Notes under the pieces: generated by a model
Told to the model about the DNA's origin: nothing
Seen by the model: only the letters and a program-made list of their open reading frames with translations
The model's database searches: none
Program-made: the position numbers and the translations under genes
From: Obrimoposthia wandeli
Lineage: Eukaryota
Direction of reading: 5' to 3'
NCBI GenBank assembly: GCA_977020255.1
Contig: CDROCS010003840.1
Location: 186,001-250,000, forward strand
Length of the DNA: 64,000 bases
Part shown: positions 52,739 through 62,774 of the stretch, in pieces
How positions within the stretch are numbered: the first letter of the stretch is position 1
Layout: every line of letters starts with the position of its first letter

Positions 52739-53467
52739 ATGGACACAACAACACTTATTTATTGTGCTCTCGCATTGGCTGCGGGTTGTTTTGTTCAAAG
52801 TACTGTCGGTTTTGGAATGGCAATTGTTGCTGCTCCAATTATATATTTCTTTGAACCTAAATTTGTGCCGGGTGTAATTACGCTAGTGGGCTTTTTTCTC
52901 GCGTTGTTTAACATGTGGCAGTATCGCCACATGTTATCGTTTAAAGGCTTAACCGCTGCATTTGTTGGTCGTGTACCTGGCACTATCGTTGCCGGTGTTT
53001 TACTGATGTATATTACGTCGGAATCGTTGGCGTTAGTGCTGGGTATTGGTGTGTTATTAGCCGTTGTTATCAGTTTAACAAAAGTGCGTATACGACCTAC
53101 GCCGAAAGCGCTTTTTTGGGCGGGGTTTGTATCTGGTGTTATGGGAACAACTACCAGCATAGGCGGACCACCAATGGCGTTAGTATTACAGCATGCAGAA
53201 GCGGGTAAATTACGCGCAAACCTTGCGGGGTATTTTGTGTTTAGCAGTTTGTTATCGTTAGTTGCCTTGTCTGCAACTGGGCATTTTAGCTGGTGGCATT
53301 TTAAGTACGGAATAATGTTATTACCTGCACCCTTAATTAGCACGTGGTTCGCATACCGAGTTCAGCATTTAATTAAGGCTGAATGGCTGCGTTATGCACT
53401 TTTGATTTTATGCTCTGTGTCTGGTGTGCTGGCTATGTGGCAAGGGCTGAGCCCTTTAATGGCATAA
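52739..53467 (+). CDS. sulfite exporter TauE/SafE family protein
   Basis: VQSTVGFG, TSIGGPP, ~8 TMs. Confidence 0.88.
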   Translation: MDTTTLIYCALALAAGCFVQSTVGFGMAIVAAPIIYFFEPKFVPGVITLVGFFLALFNMWQYRHMLSFKGLTAAFVGRVPGTIVAGVLLMYITSESLALVLGIGVLLAVVISLTKVRIRPTPKALFWAGFVSGVMGTTTSIGGPPMALVLQHAEAGKLRANLAGYFVFSSLLSLVALSATGHFSWWHFKYGIMLLPAPLISTWFAYRVQHLIKAEWLRYALLILCSVSGVLAMWQGLSPLMA

Positions 53468-53493
53468 AAAAGGTCTAGTTAGAGACCTTTTTT
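53466..53493. terminator. bidirectional terminator
   Basis: A6-GGTCT-AGTTAG-AGACC-T6. Confidence 0.8.
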
Positions 53494-53503
53494 ATATCGC
53501 TAG

Positions 53504-55495
53504 TTATGGTGTATCACAAAGAATATGGCTAGGTAATTCGGGGACTTCATTGAGCAGCGCAAACCCAGATGCCTCCAGTTGATGAGCAGGCATGGGCTTT
53601 GCCAAATAATAGCCTTGGCAATAATCAAAGTTACACATCTGCAAATATTGTAATTGTTCGATTGTCTCCACGCCTTCAGCAACGACTTTTAAATCCAATT
53701 TTTCACAAATCGCTTTAGTGGCTTCGATAATTGCGCGGCTTCCCTTGTGGTTTCCTTGCACAAAGCTTTGATCGAGTTTTACTGTGCTAATCGGCAGATC
53801 TTGAAGTTGTGATAAAGACGAGTAACCAGTGCCAAAATCATCCAGATACAATTCGATTCCCAATGCAGCAAGGTCTTCTAAGCATTGTTTTGCATCATCA
53901 TATTCCTGCAACATGGTTGACTCTGTTAACTCAAGCGCTAATTGTGCAGGGTTGATGTTATAACGTTGAATCATCGCTTCAATGGTGGGAGCCAAACTTG
54001 CTTGTAATTGTGCCCTTGATAAATTAACACTCATCATGAATGCTTGATCATACTTTTTTTGCCATGCCGCCAGCTGTAAAAAAGCCGTTTTTAGTATCCA
54101 TTTACCCAGCGGGACTATTTGACCGGTTTCTTCGGCTAATGGAATAAATTCAGCGGGTGATACTTGACCTAATTCTTCATCATACCAACGAATTAACGCT
54201 TCAAATCCTTTCAATTTTCGCGTTTTTAAATTAATGATCGGTTGGTAATACAGTTCGAACGCTTCAGTTTCTAACGCGAGTGTTAAGTGATGGCGCAATA
54301 TCATTTTTCGATACAGTGCTTCCGCCATATCAGGTGAAAAGTGATGGCTACAGTTTCTTCCTCGCAGCTTAGCGCGGTGCATGGCCATATCTGCTTGAGA
54401 GACTAATGTTTCAATATTATCAGCATCAGCAGGGTAGCTAGCGGTACCAATACTGCAACCAATCGATAATTCTCCCACTTCTTTTAAATGAAAGGGCTTA
54501 TTCAGTTTGGCAATAATGTCTTTAGCAAATGAAAGTGTATTTTGAACATTACGATGTTCAACTTGAATAATGAATTCATCGCCACCGAAACGCGCTAAGA
54601 GTCCTTTATGTTGTAGGGTCTCTCTTAATCGTATTGCTATTGCCTTCAGTAATTTATCACCAATGGCATGACCATAAGTATCATTGATCAGTTTAAAACC
54701 GTCGATATCGAGGAATAATAAGCTATAGGGTTTCTGCTTATAGCTAGATTCGTTTATAGCGTTTGAAATACCACGACGGTTTAATAAATCCGTTAAGAAA
54801 TCATGTTCTGCATTGTATTTTGCTTTTCTTAATTTCTCTTTTTCTGGGCTGATATTAGTCAGATGTAAGAGTAGCTGTTGTTTGTCTTGTAACCACTTTC
54901 CTTCTATATCAAACCAAAGGTGACTTTGACCGGTCCAGCATAATTTTTTGTAGTGAATGGTACCGTTTATTTTTGCTTTATTGAGCCATGAGTCTGCACT
55001 GCTGATATCGCCAAGAAAATTTGCAAGATCATACAGGTACTTTCCGAAAGAAAGGATAAAGGCATTGTTAGCACTGATTAATATTCCTTCCTGACTAAAA
55101 AGTAAGGCGAGGTTTGAACAATAAGAAAAGGCGAGGTCACGTTGTAATGTCGATTCTTCAGCGATGACTTCGACTAACATCGCTGTACGACCATCGGGTA
55201 ACTTAATACCGGAGAATACACATAATGCTTTCTTTAAAATTTGTTTTGGTGTGAAATTCCACCAAGTTTTAATTATTTCATCTTTATTAAAACGTAAGCG
55301 GTAACCATTTAATGTGGCTTCTACTGCTTCAGACATATCATGAGCAAGATCACGAGAGGTTAACTCATTTAAGGAATCGGCTTCCCAAAGCGGTAAAGCG
55401 CTTAAATTAGCCCAAATGATTGTCTTATTATCAATATCAAAAACCCAAATAGGGCTCTGAAGATGATTAAAGGGGGAAAAAGTCTGATTTAACAA
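53504..55495 (-). CDS. GGDEF-EAL c-di-GMP enzyme with cytoplasmic PAS-like N-terminus
   Basis: RFGGDEF; EALIRW, ELTES, DDFGTGYSSL, AEGVE, QGY all intact. Confidence 0.93.
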   Translation of the reverse strand: MLNQTFSPFNHLQSPIWVFDIDNKTIIWANLSALPLWEADSLNELTSRDLAHDMSEAVEATLNGYRLRFNKDEIIKTWWNFTPKQILKKALCVFSGIKLPDGRTAMLVEVIAEESTLQRDLAFSYCSNLALLFSQEGILISANNAFILSFGKYLYDLANFLGDISSADSWLNKAKINGTIHYKKLCWTGQSHLWFDIEGKWLQDKQQLLLHLTNISPEKEKLRKAKYNAEHDFLTDLLNRRGISNAINESSYKQKPYSLLFLDIDGFKLINDTYGHAIGDKLLKAIAIRLRETLQHKGLLARFGGDEFIIQVEHRNVQNTLSFAKDIIAKLNKPFHLKEVGELSIGCSIGTASYPADADNIETLVSQADMAMHRAKLRGRNCSHHFSPDMAEALYRKMILRHHLTLALETEAFELYYQPIINLKTRKLKGFEALIRWYDEELGQVSPAEFIPLAEETGQIVPLGKWILKTAFLQLAAWQKKYDQAFMMSVNLSRAQLQASLAPTIEAMIQRYNINPAQLALELTESTMLQEYDDAKQCLEDLAALGIELYLDDFGTGYSSLSQLQDLPISTVKLDQSFVQGNHKGSRAIIEATKAICEKLDLKVVAEGVETIEQLQYLQMCNFDYCQGYYLAKPMPAHQLEASGFALLNEVPELPSHILCDTP

Positions 55496-55680
55496 CGGTA
55501 CAATGACATTGAATTGCTCAAATGATATCGGCAGGATAGCTTAAAAACTATGTTTTAAATATGGATTTAACAAAAAATCGTGAGGTTACTTCATTTCTAT
55601 GGTTTTTGAAAAATTAAGAGCTTGATAAGTGGAAATAAAATAAATGTAAACTGTTTTATTTCCACGTTATACAATGCTTT

Positions 55681-56670
55681 TTAGTTTAAAGCGAGTTTTA
55701 CTTGGAAACCGAAAAATTGTCGATCATAAGATGCGCCCGCATTAAGCGCAAAATTAGCTGCATTAGTATCGCCAAACCATGGTGTGTAACTGAAGCTAAC
55801 GTCGGCATCACCCTTCCACATATCTGTTATCCAATAGTGGATATGACCGACAGGGTTTAAGAAGAATAAGGTGACATCACCGACAGCCTTTGAGCCCATG
55901 ACCTCACCGCCGCGAGCCGTAATTTCGAGCTCCTTTTGGAACATCAACTCACCGACCGCTGCACCAAATAATGGTGTAACGATAATGTCTTGAATAGAGG
56001 GTACTTCAGCAAACGCTTCTACACCATACTCCCAGAAGAAAGTAGACATGGTTGCGGAGTATAAAAATGACTCCCATTCGTCAAAACCCGAATGACGTGC
56101 CGCAGTATAATAAACACCACCAAAGTAAGGGTGCATAACATAATTTAAAACGTGGTCATCTTGGTCCCAAACCGGCCCTTGGCTTACGTTATCCCACCAC
56201 TTACTACCGAGGTTGCTCAGGTTACGATCTTCTTCATCCCAATTGGTGACACTTTCAGGCAGTAATGTCATCGCTGCGACGGTAGCAAGGCTTAAACCAA
56301 AGATAGTGTAAGACTGCCCAAGCAGGTAGTCCCAATCTTTTTCTGATGAAACCGACAGGTGCATTGGAATTGTATTTACCGCATTTTCTGAAAATAAAGG
56401 GGCTTGCTCTGCACTATTTTTATTATCAGATGAAGACAAACGGTATGAAGGCTGTGTTCCATATTCTAAAAATAGACCTTGATTATCATAACCTTGATTT
56501 TGGAATGACTTATCCATTGTTATGCCATTACGAGTTGTATCGCGCCCGGTAAGAGGGTTGACGTAATTCTGAGTGTCATAACTAAAATTGTTTTTTGCAT
56601 CATCCCAAGCAAAAACGGGTGAACTGAATGTACAACCAAGGATAAGTGAAGATAAAAGTGTATTGCGCAA
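55681..56670 (-). CDS. DUF3943-like exported/outer membrane protein
   Basis: Signal peptide; GPVWDQD, NYVMHPYFGGVYY, FWEYGVEAFAEVPSIQD. Confidence 0.8.
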   Translation of the reverse strand: MRNTLLSSLILGCTFSSPVFAWDDAKNNFSYDTQNYVNPLTGRDTTRNGITMDKSFQNQGYDNQGLFLEYGTQPSYRLSSSDNKNSAEQAPLFSENAVNTIPMHLSVSSEKDWDYLLGQSYTIFGLSLATVAAMTLLPESVTNWDEEDRNLSNLGSKWWDNVSQGPVWDQDDHVLNYVMHPYFGGVYYTAARHSGFDEWESFLYSATMSTFFWEYGVEAFAEVPSIQDIIVTPLFGAAVGELMFQKELEITARGGEVMGSKAVGDVTLFFLNPVGHIHYWITDMWKGDADVSFSYTPWFGDTNAANFALNAGASYDRQFFGFQVKLALN

Positions 56671-56983
56671 TTGATGCCCCAGATTTTAAAATATTTGTCC
56701 GTTTACTACTGATTTTTTCTTGTTGGACCAGTGGTTTTATTTACATCAAAACAGTTGCTTACACATAAAGGGTAAATGCTATTTGTTAAATATACCGTCA
56801 ATCCAATGAGCTATGCACAAATGTGTAGTGCAACGTGTTGTGTTTGAGCGAATTATTACTGAAAACAGGTAAAATTTCTAGTAATAAATATAAAGGGGAG
56901 TGTGTACAAGCTCTGGGGCTAAGAGCTTGTACAAGAAGAGATTTATAATTAATTCAGTGGCTTATTGCATGGTGTTCAAATGG

Positions 56984-58237
56984 TTATCCGACGGAAGGGA
57001 TGATTCCAATCATTTGTAATAATTGTGCAGAGATGATGAGTATACCGATACTTGTGACGGTAATTAATGCAGGTGTGCCTCCACGAACTTGGTAAGTCGC
57101 TGTTTTTATGCCTTTATCTACTGGCGTATGTATTTCTTTACCTACTGGCAGATTGTTTATTTGCTTACGCTGAGCTCGCACCATCGCAACAGGCAGAAAA
57201 ATAGCCAAAATAACCAGTGCTATCGCCGCATAGCCCAAGGCCATAATAAAGCCTTGTGGGTAGAATAGGGCAAAGCAAAGAGGTGGAACAAAGGTTACCA
57301 GCGCTGTTTGCATACGACCTTTTACTTGATTATCACGATTTAAAATATCAGAGATAAAATCAAATAAGCCTAAACTCACCCCCAAGAAAGAGGTTGCCAA
57401 GGCTAGGTCAGCAAATACTGATACAGATTGGCTAACGAGCGGGTTATGTAAAATATTGCTCAGTGTTGCTATAAACGAACCCAGTGTTGTACTTGCCATT
57501 AAATCGGGCTGACCAAGCACACCTTGACTTGCTACTTGCCATAATATGTAGACCATCAGTGGTGTTGCAGAGCCAATGACCATTATTTTTCGCAGTGCTT
57601 TAATATCCAAACCAACGTAACGAACAATGGAGGGAATGCTACCGTGAAAGCCAAAAGAGGTAAAAATGACGGGCAGTGCTGAAATGATTAATCCTTTTTG
57701 AATCGGCATCTCAACCAAATTAACAGCTTGAACATGTGGCATTAATAGAACAAACATAACGGCCAATGCAATAACTTTTAGCGTGAACAATACGCGATTA
57801 ACCATATCGACGGAATGTGTACCTATCGATACAACGGTTGCGATAATAACGGTAAATCCAACTGTACCCACTTGAGGTGCAAGACTTAGCCCCATCCAAT
57901 TCGTTAACTTGTCATTAAGTTGGCTGCCGCCACCGGCAATGTATGCCGCACATAATGCGTAAAATAGAAACATCATTGCGAAGCTGGCAATCACTTGACC
58001 TTTGCGACCTAATAATTGATGTGCCAGTGTGTGCAATGTTGCATTTTTATCGGCATGTTGGTGTACCTCTAGCATTAATAGAGCGGTATAAATCATTAAT
58101 GCCCAAATACCCACCATCGTTAATGTTGCTGCTGTGAACCCCAACCCTGCTGATGCGAGAGGGAGAGCTAGCATTCCTGCCCCAATTGTTGTGCCTGCGA
58201 TGATCAGCGTACTGCCGAAAGTTTTACTCATGCTCAT
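56984..58237 (-). CDS. tyrP: tyrosine-specific aromatic amino acid permease (HAAAP)
   Basis: GTTIGAGMLALP, TSFGFHGSIPS, ATSFLGV; TyrR boxes upstream. Confidence 0.9.
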   Translation of the reverse strand: MSMSKTFGSTLIIAGTTIGAGMLALPLASAGLGFTAATLTMVGIWALMIYTALLMLEVHQHADKNATLHTLAHQLLGRKGQVIASFAMMFLFYALCAAYIAGGGSQLNDKLTNWMGLSLAPQVGTVGFTVIIATVVSIGTHSVDMVNRVLFTLKVIALAVMFVLLMPHVQAVNLVEMPIQKGLIISALPVIFTSFGFHGSIPSIVRYVGLDIKALRKIMVIGSATPLMVYILWQVASQGVLGQPDLMASTTLGSFIATLSNILHNPLVSQSVSVFADLALATSFLGVSLGLFDFISDILNRDNQVKGRMQTALVTFVPPLCFALFYPQGFIMALGYAAIALVILAIFLPVAMVRAQRKQINNLPVGKEIHTPVDKGIKTATYQVRGGTPALITVTSIGILIISAQLLQMIGIIPSVG

Positions 58238-58263
58238 TGAAGTTATTGTTCCCAGTTATATTG

Positions 58264-58281
58264 TGTTCATAAAACTTTACA
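58264..58281. promoter_or_regulatory. weak TyrR box near tyrP start
   Basis: TGTTCA-N6-TTTACA versus TGTAAA-N6-TTTACA. Confidence 0.55.
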
Positions 58282-58451
58282 CTTAATCACGCGGTTGTGG
58301 CTATCGATAGTCAGTGTCGTAATGAAAGGTATTCACGTTTTTTACTCGTTTTTCAGTAGTAATGTGTAGGTATAAGGCAATTGACCTAACCTATATGCTG
58401 GGTAGTACCTTAATGCTAGTTTTCTTTACTGTCAACTTCTGATGGCTTGGC

Positions 58452-58469
58452 TGTAAATTTATATTTACA
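58452..58469. promoter_or_regulatory. strong TyrR box
   Basis: Perfect TGTAAA-TTTATA-TTTACA upstream of tyrP. Confidence 0.88.
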
Positions 58470-58618
58470 CTTTGATGGGGCGATATTTCCGATAAGAAAG
58501 ACTGAATTGATGGAGAAGAGTAACGCATTGATCTCTACTGCTTTAGTCAGAGAACAAATTCTCGCTGAAACGTGCATCTTAAGGTAACTTGGGTATATAA
58601 ATCGGATGACATACAAAG

Positions 58619-59854
58619 ATGAGGGAAGCCATGTTACACGTTGCGATGATTAGTACCGGAGAAGAAGTGCTGCACGGAGATATTGTGGATACTAATGCTG
58701 CGTGGTTATCGCGTCTATTTTTTGAACGTGGTTTCGCGTTATCTAGACGTACGACTGTCGGCGATCAACTTGAAGGTTTAGCGGCGGAAATTGAGCATTG
58801 TAGCCTAACCTCTGATGTGGTTATCGTAAATGGTGGGCTTGGGCCAACAAGTGACGACTTAACGGCTCAAGCTGCGGCTATTGCGGCTGATGTGGGTTTA
58901 GAGCAATCTGATTACTGGGTTGAACAGATGCGTGAAAAGTATCAAAAACTCAATCTCGTTATGCCACAGTCTAACTTGAAGCAGGCAATGCTACCCGAAG
59001 GTGCTGAGTTACTTGAAAATCCGATAGGTACAGCTTGTGGATTTGCGATGAAATTAAACCGCGCTTGGATCTTTTTTACGCCTGGTGTGCCAAGTGAATT
59101 TAAAAAAATGGCGCAAGAGCAAATATTAACGCGCTTAAAAGCCACATATACTGAAACGGAAAAGTTGGATTGCCATCGTTTCTATACCTTTGGTTTGTCA
59201 GAGTCAGGTATTGGCGATACTTTAGCGTCTGTTTCGCTGCCGAAAGGGTATGAGTTGGGTTATCGTTCGTCGTTGCCGTTTATTGAAGTGAAGCTGTTTG
59301 CACCAGCTGCCGATACCAATGCACTTGCTTTCCAGCAACAGATGATTGATTTACTGGGTGAGAATGTAGTGAGTATAGGTCAAACGCTTCCTGAGCATGT
59401 AGGTGCGCAATTGGTAGCGAAACAACTGACACTCGCTTTGGCGGAGCAATGCTCTGGGGGATGGCTGACTAATTGGTTGCAAGATTATCCCGATGCGAAA
59501 GCGCAATTACGCCAAGGGTGGGTGTTAGGGGCGGTAGAAACGGCAGAGTTAGCCGCTTCAGATCAATTGACGTCGACATTGGCGATGGCGACCGCATCGC
59601 GCGAAAAAACGATTTCAGATATCGCGCTGGTTTCAGGGCCGCTTTATGATGGAAAAGTGGCGGTGGCTATGGCGACCCCTAACGGTGATTGGGCACAAGT
59701 TATTTCGACCAAACGACAATATGGCTCACGAGATATGCGTAGTTTGATCGCAACGGTGATGTTGGACATGCTACGCCGTTGGTTGGTTGGACAACCTGTG
59801 ATGGGGCAATTTAGCTCGCTGAATCGCGAAAGTGAGATATTCTTAACGAGCTGA
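58619..59854 (+). CDS. CinA/YfaY-family protein (MoCF-like N-domain + degenerate PncC domain)
   Basis: GEEVLHGDIVDTNA, GGLGPTSDDLT, NPIGTACG, PGVPSE; C-terminal AEQCSGG. Confidence 0.88.
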   Translation: MREAMLHVAMISTGEEVLHGDIVDTNAAWLSRLFFERGFALSRRTTVGDQLEGLAAEIEHCSLTSDVVIVNGGLGPTSDDLTAQAAAIAADVGLEQSDYWVEQMREKYQKLNLVMPQSNLKQAMLPEGAELLENPIGTACGFAMKLNRAWIFFTPGVPSEFKKMAQEQILTRLKATYTETEKLDCHRFYTFGLSESGIGDTLASVSLPKGYELGYRSSLPFIEVKLFAPAADTNALAFQQQMIDLLGENVVSIGQTLPEHVGAQLVAKQLTLALAEQCSGGWLTNWLQDYPDAKAQLRQGWVLGAVETAELAASDQLTSTLAMATASREKTISDIALVSGPLYDGKVAVAMATPNGDWAQVISTKRQYGSRDMRSLIATVMLDMLRRWLVGQPVMGQFSSLNRESEIFLTS

Positions 59855-59896
59855 TTTCACGAAGGGAGCAGCACCTGCATATTAATGAGATAGCGA

Positions 59897-59927
59897 AAGA
59901 AAGTGCAGTTAGTCTGCACTTTCTTTT
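59897..59927 (+). terminator. intrinsic terminator
   Basis: AAAGAAAGTGCAG-TTAGT-CTGCACTTTCTTT. Confidence 0.8.
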
Positions 59928-60490
59928 AGTGCTCAGTGTCTATGCTAGTTTAACGTGCATATTCATCTTCTGCTAAATATAGAGTCATTACCTTCGATGG
60001 GTTTTTTAACAAAGAATAAATTAAAGTGCGCGGTAAATATACGTGGTCATTAATAAGTGTATTTATTAAAATAATCACTTGTACAAATAAAAGCGTAGAG
60101 TTAATAGCTGATTTCGTTTTCGTTGGTATATGTGAAATAATTATAGCCTTGATGTAATTAAAGGAGGTTGTATTAGGGTTAAATAAAAGTATTCAATATT
60201 AATTATTAAAAAGGAATATTAATTTCAGATTTCAAGTAAATGGTAAGATATTTCAATTAGCCTAAAATATAAAATAAAAGCGTAGGTGTTGTCATACTAT
60301 TGTCAAATTATGAGTATTTCATTACAGACATTGTAAACAGTGTTTTTTTGGTACAAAGTTAATGTTTACAGGATCTCACACTACTGTGTTGATTGTGGAG
60401 GTTGGTTGTATATAGCCACATGCTATTGTTACTCCATAATGCTTGTCTAATAAAAAGCACCCAGCCGATTGATGATAAAGGAAAGACTTT

Positions 60491-61345
60491 ATGACATTCA
60501 AAATGAAAAAGATTGCCCTTGCAACGTCAGTAGTAGTGTCAGTATTGATGCTGCAAGCGTGTAACGATGCACCAGAGTCTACGCAGGTGTCATCAGATGC
60601 CCTTCTTGTTGAAGCACCAGCCACTGAAGCTGAAATGAAATCACTAGATGTTAATGTTATCTACCTTGATCGCCGCATGCTGCCGCCAGGGGCTGTGCTA
60701 GAAGTGACCCTTGAAGATGTATCAAAAGCCGATGCGCCGTCAGAGCTGATTGTTAGCCAGTCAATGGAGCCTGCGTCTGCGCCTCCATACGCGATGGTAT
60801 TGGATTACGATACGACCAAAATTGTAGATAAGCACCGTTATAGCCTACGTGCCACGGTTAAAGTACAAGATCAGTTGGTGATGACATCAACCACCAGTAT
60901 TGACCCATTTGCTGAAGGGGCGATTGTACCCGTTGAAATTAAATTGGATCGGGTTGCACAAACCGAAATTCAAGCCACAGATACAACACATAATGCCGCT
61001 TTCACAGATACTTACTGGACGTTAATGCAGCTAGGCGGTCAAGAAGCCAAATTGGGTGCAGCAGAAAAAGAAGTGTTTATCCAGTTTGCATCTGACGGTA
61101 ATGCAGCGCACGGTTTCTCGGGATGTAATACGTTTAAAGGTGGCTTTGAAATAGACCAAGGCAAACTAAGTATGGGTCCTGTTGCGGCAACACAGATGAT
61201 GTGTGCAGGCGGTATGGATCAAGAACACGCATTCTTGAGTGCGATGGGGCAATTTGCTAGCTACAGTGTGCAAGGTGAAGCGCTGACGGTGAAAAATAAC
61301 CAAGGTGAAGTGGTTGCCACGTTCGAGTCTCGTGACATGAACTAA
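60491..61345 (+). CDS. lipoprotein with YbaY-like and META (HslJ) domains
   Basis: Lipobox LQAC; YLDRRMLPPGAVLEVTLEDVS; GFSGCNTFKG...ATQMMC. Confidence 0.85.
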   Translation: MTFKMKKIALATSVVVSVLMLQACNDAPESTQVSSDALLVEAPATEAEMKSLDVNVIYLDRRMLPPGAVLEVTLEDVSKADAPSELIVSQSMEPASAPPYAMVLDYDTTKIVDKHRYSLRATVKVQDQLVMTSTTSIDPFAEGAIVPVEIKLDRVAQTEIQATDTTHNAAFTDTYWTLMQLGGQEAKLGAAEKEVFIQFASDGNAAHGFSGCNTFKGGFEIDQGKLSMGPVAATQMMCAGGMDQEHAFLSAMGQFASYSVQGEALTVKNNQGEVVATFESRDMN

Positions 61346-61476
61346 TATCAATCTAGACAAGTATCTGATAGCAACACGGTTATGAGGATCGTGAGGTTGT
61401 CAGATTTTTGCTTATATAGAAAGGTATAAGTACAGAAGTACGGTAATGCTGGTGGTGTGAACGAATAGGGTGGCGG

Positions 61477-61764
61477 TTACATTGCTTCTTTGGCTGCGAT
61501 GTATGTTAATTGGTAATCAAATTCGATGTCGATATTAGCCTTGGGGATTGAACGACAGGCTAGAATTTCGTTTGAACCGACAAAAGCCATCGCATCTTGT
61601 TGGTCAACTGCCCCTGACTTTAATTTACAGCGACACGCACCGCACATGCCGTTACGGCATTGATACTCAGGTTGAATACCGGCACTTTCTAATTGGGTAA
61701 GCAAAGATTCACGGCTATTGCCGTGAACCTCTTGACCGTTAACCTTTATGGTTAGTCGGCTCAT
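61477..61764 (-). CDS. yfaE: class I RNR maintenance 2Fe-2S ferredoxin
   Basis: [11 protein letters not shown]...EILAC; ATG overlaps the nrdB stop. Confidence 0.88.
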   Translation of the reverse strand: MSRLTIKVNGQEVHGNSRESLLTQLESAGIQPEYQCRNGMCGACRCKLKSGAVDQQDAMAFVGSNEILACRSIPKANIDIEFDYQLTYIAAKEAM

Positions 61765-62306
61765 AGCTCGAAGTCACCGAGATCGTCTGCACTTACATCG
61801 TTGTCGATTTGACCAACAAGGTAAGAGCTGATTTCAGCTTCTTGTGGAGCAACCTGTACATTATCAGAAGATAACCATGAGTTAATCCATGGAATTGGGT
61901 TCTGATTAGCACCAAGATAAGCATGATCAAGACCTACCGCTTTCATACGTAGGTTTGTGATGTATTCAACGTACTGGCAAAGACTTTCTTTGTTAAGGCC
62001 GATCATTGAACCATCTTTGAATAGGTATTTTGCCCATTCTTTTTCTTGTTCTGCGGCTTCTTTGAAAATGTCAAAGCAATCTTGTTGGCATTCTTGCGCA
62101 ATGTCAGCCATTTCAGGATCATCGTGTCGACCACGAAGAAGGTTCAGAATGTGTTGAGTACCCGTTAGATGAAGGGCTTCATCACGGGCAATTAGCTTGA
62201 TGATTTTCGCATTACCTTCCATTAATTCACGCTCGGCAAATGCAAATGAACATGCAAAGCTGACGTAGAAACGGATAGCCTCAAGTGCATTAACTGACAT
62301 CATACA
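61761..62306 (-). pseudogene. nrdB: 3' half (181 codons) of class Ia ribonucleotide reductase beta subunit; 5' half absent
   Basis: [37 protein letters not shown]; NrdB similarity stops at 62306. Confidence 0.92.
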
Positions 62307-62774
62307 TGTGGGTTTATCGTAGGAATGAATATATGGTAAAGCCGGTTGTAATCTACGATTACCAACCAAGCCGAGCACGTAGCTGTCCAAAAACATTTTA
62401 ACCGGGTACGCAGGTTACTTACAGAGTGATGGTTACAGTGCTTATGAAAATGTCGACAATATAATTCCTGTTGGTTGCTGGGCACATGCAAGGCGTAAGT
62501 TTCACTATGCCTTAACCGCACAGCCAAAAAAACGGGTACGGGTAAAGCCACGGTCGCCATCAATCACATCCAATCACTTTATGCGATAGAGAAAAAAGCC
62601 AAATCATTAACGCCTGAAGAACGGCAACAATGACGCGTTAAAAAAGCAGAACCCGTCTTGCTCCAATTTCATGAATGGTTGGTTAAAAGTGCAGAAACAG
62701 TCACGCCAAAAAGTAAAATAGGCGTGGCGATTTTATATACCTTAAATCAATGGGAAAAGCTGAGGCGCTATCTT
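62300..62774 (+). mobile_element. internal fragment of IS66-family transposase (TnpC), with frameshifts and a stop, no terminal IR seen
   Basis: Hand translation: SYMWVY...[49 protein letters not shown]. Confidence 0.9.

Noticed and set aside
59930-60480. Hidden gene or sRNA in the AT-rich 550-bp spacer
   Set aside because: The AAAGGAGG SD-like site is followed by an immediate stop; no ORF or stable structure recognised.
62307-62400. Group I intron or intein in nrdB (as in phage nrdB genes)
   Set aside because: The sequence past the junction decodes as IS66 transposase on the opposite strand; no intron features.
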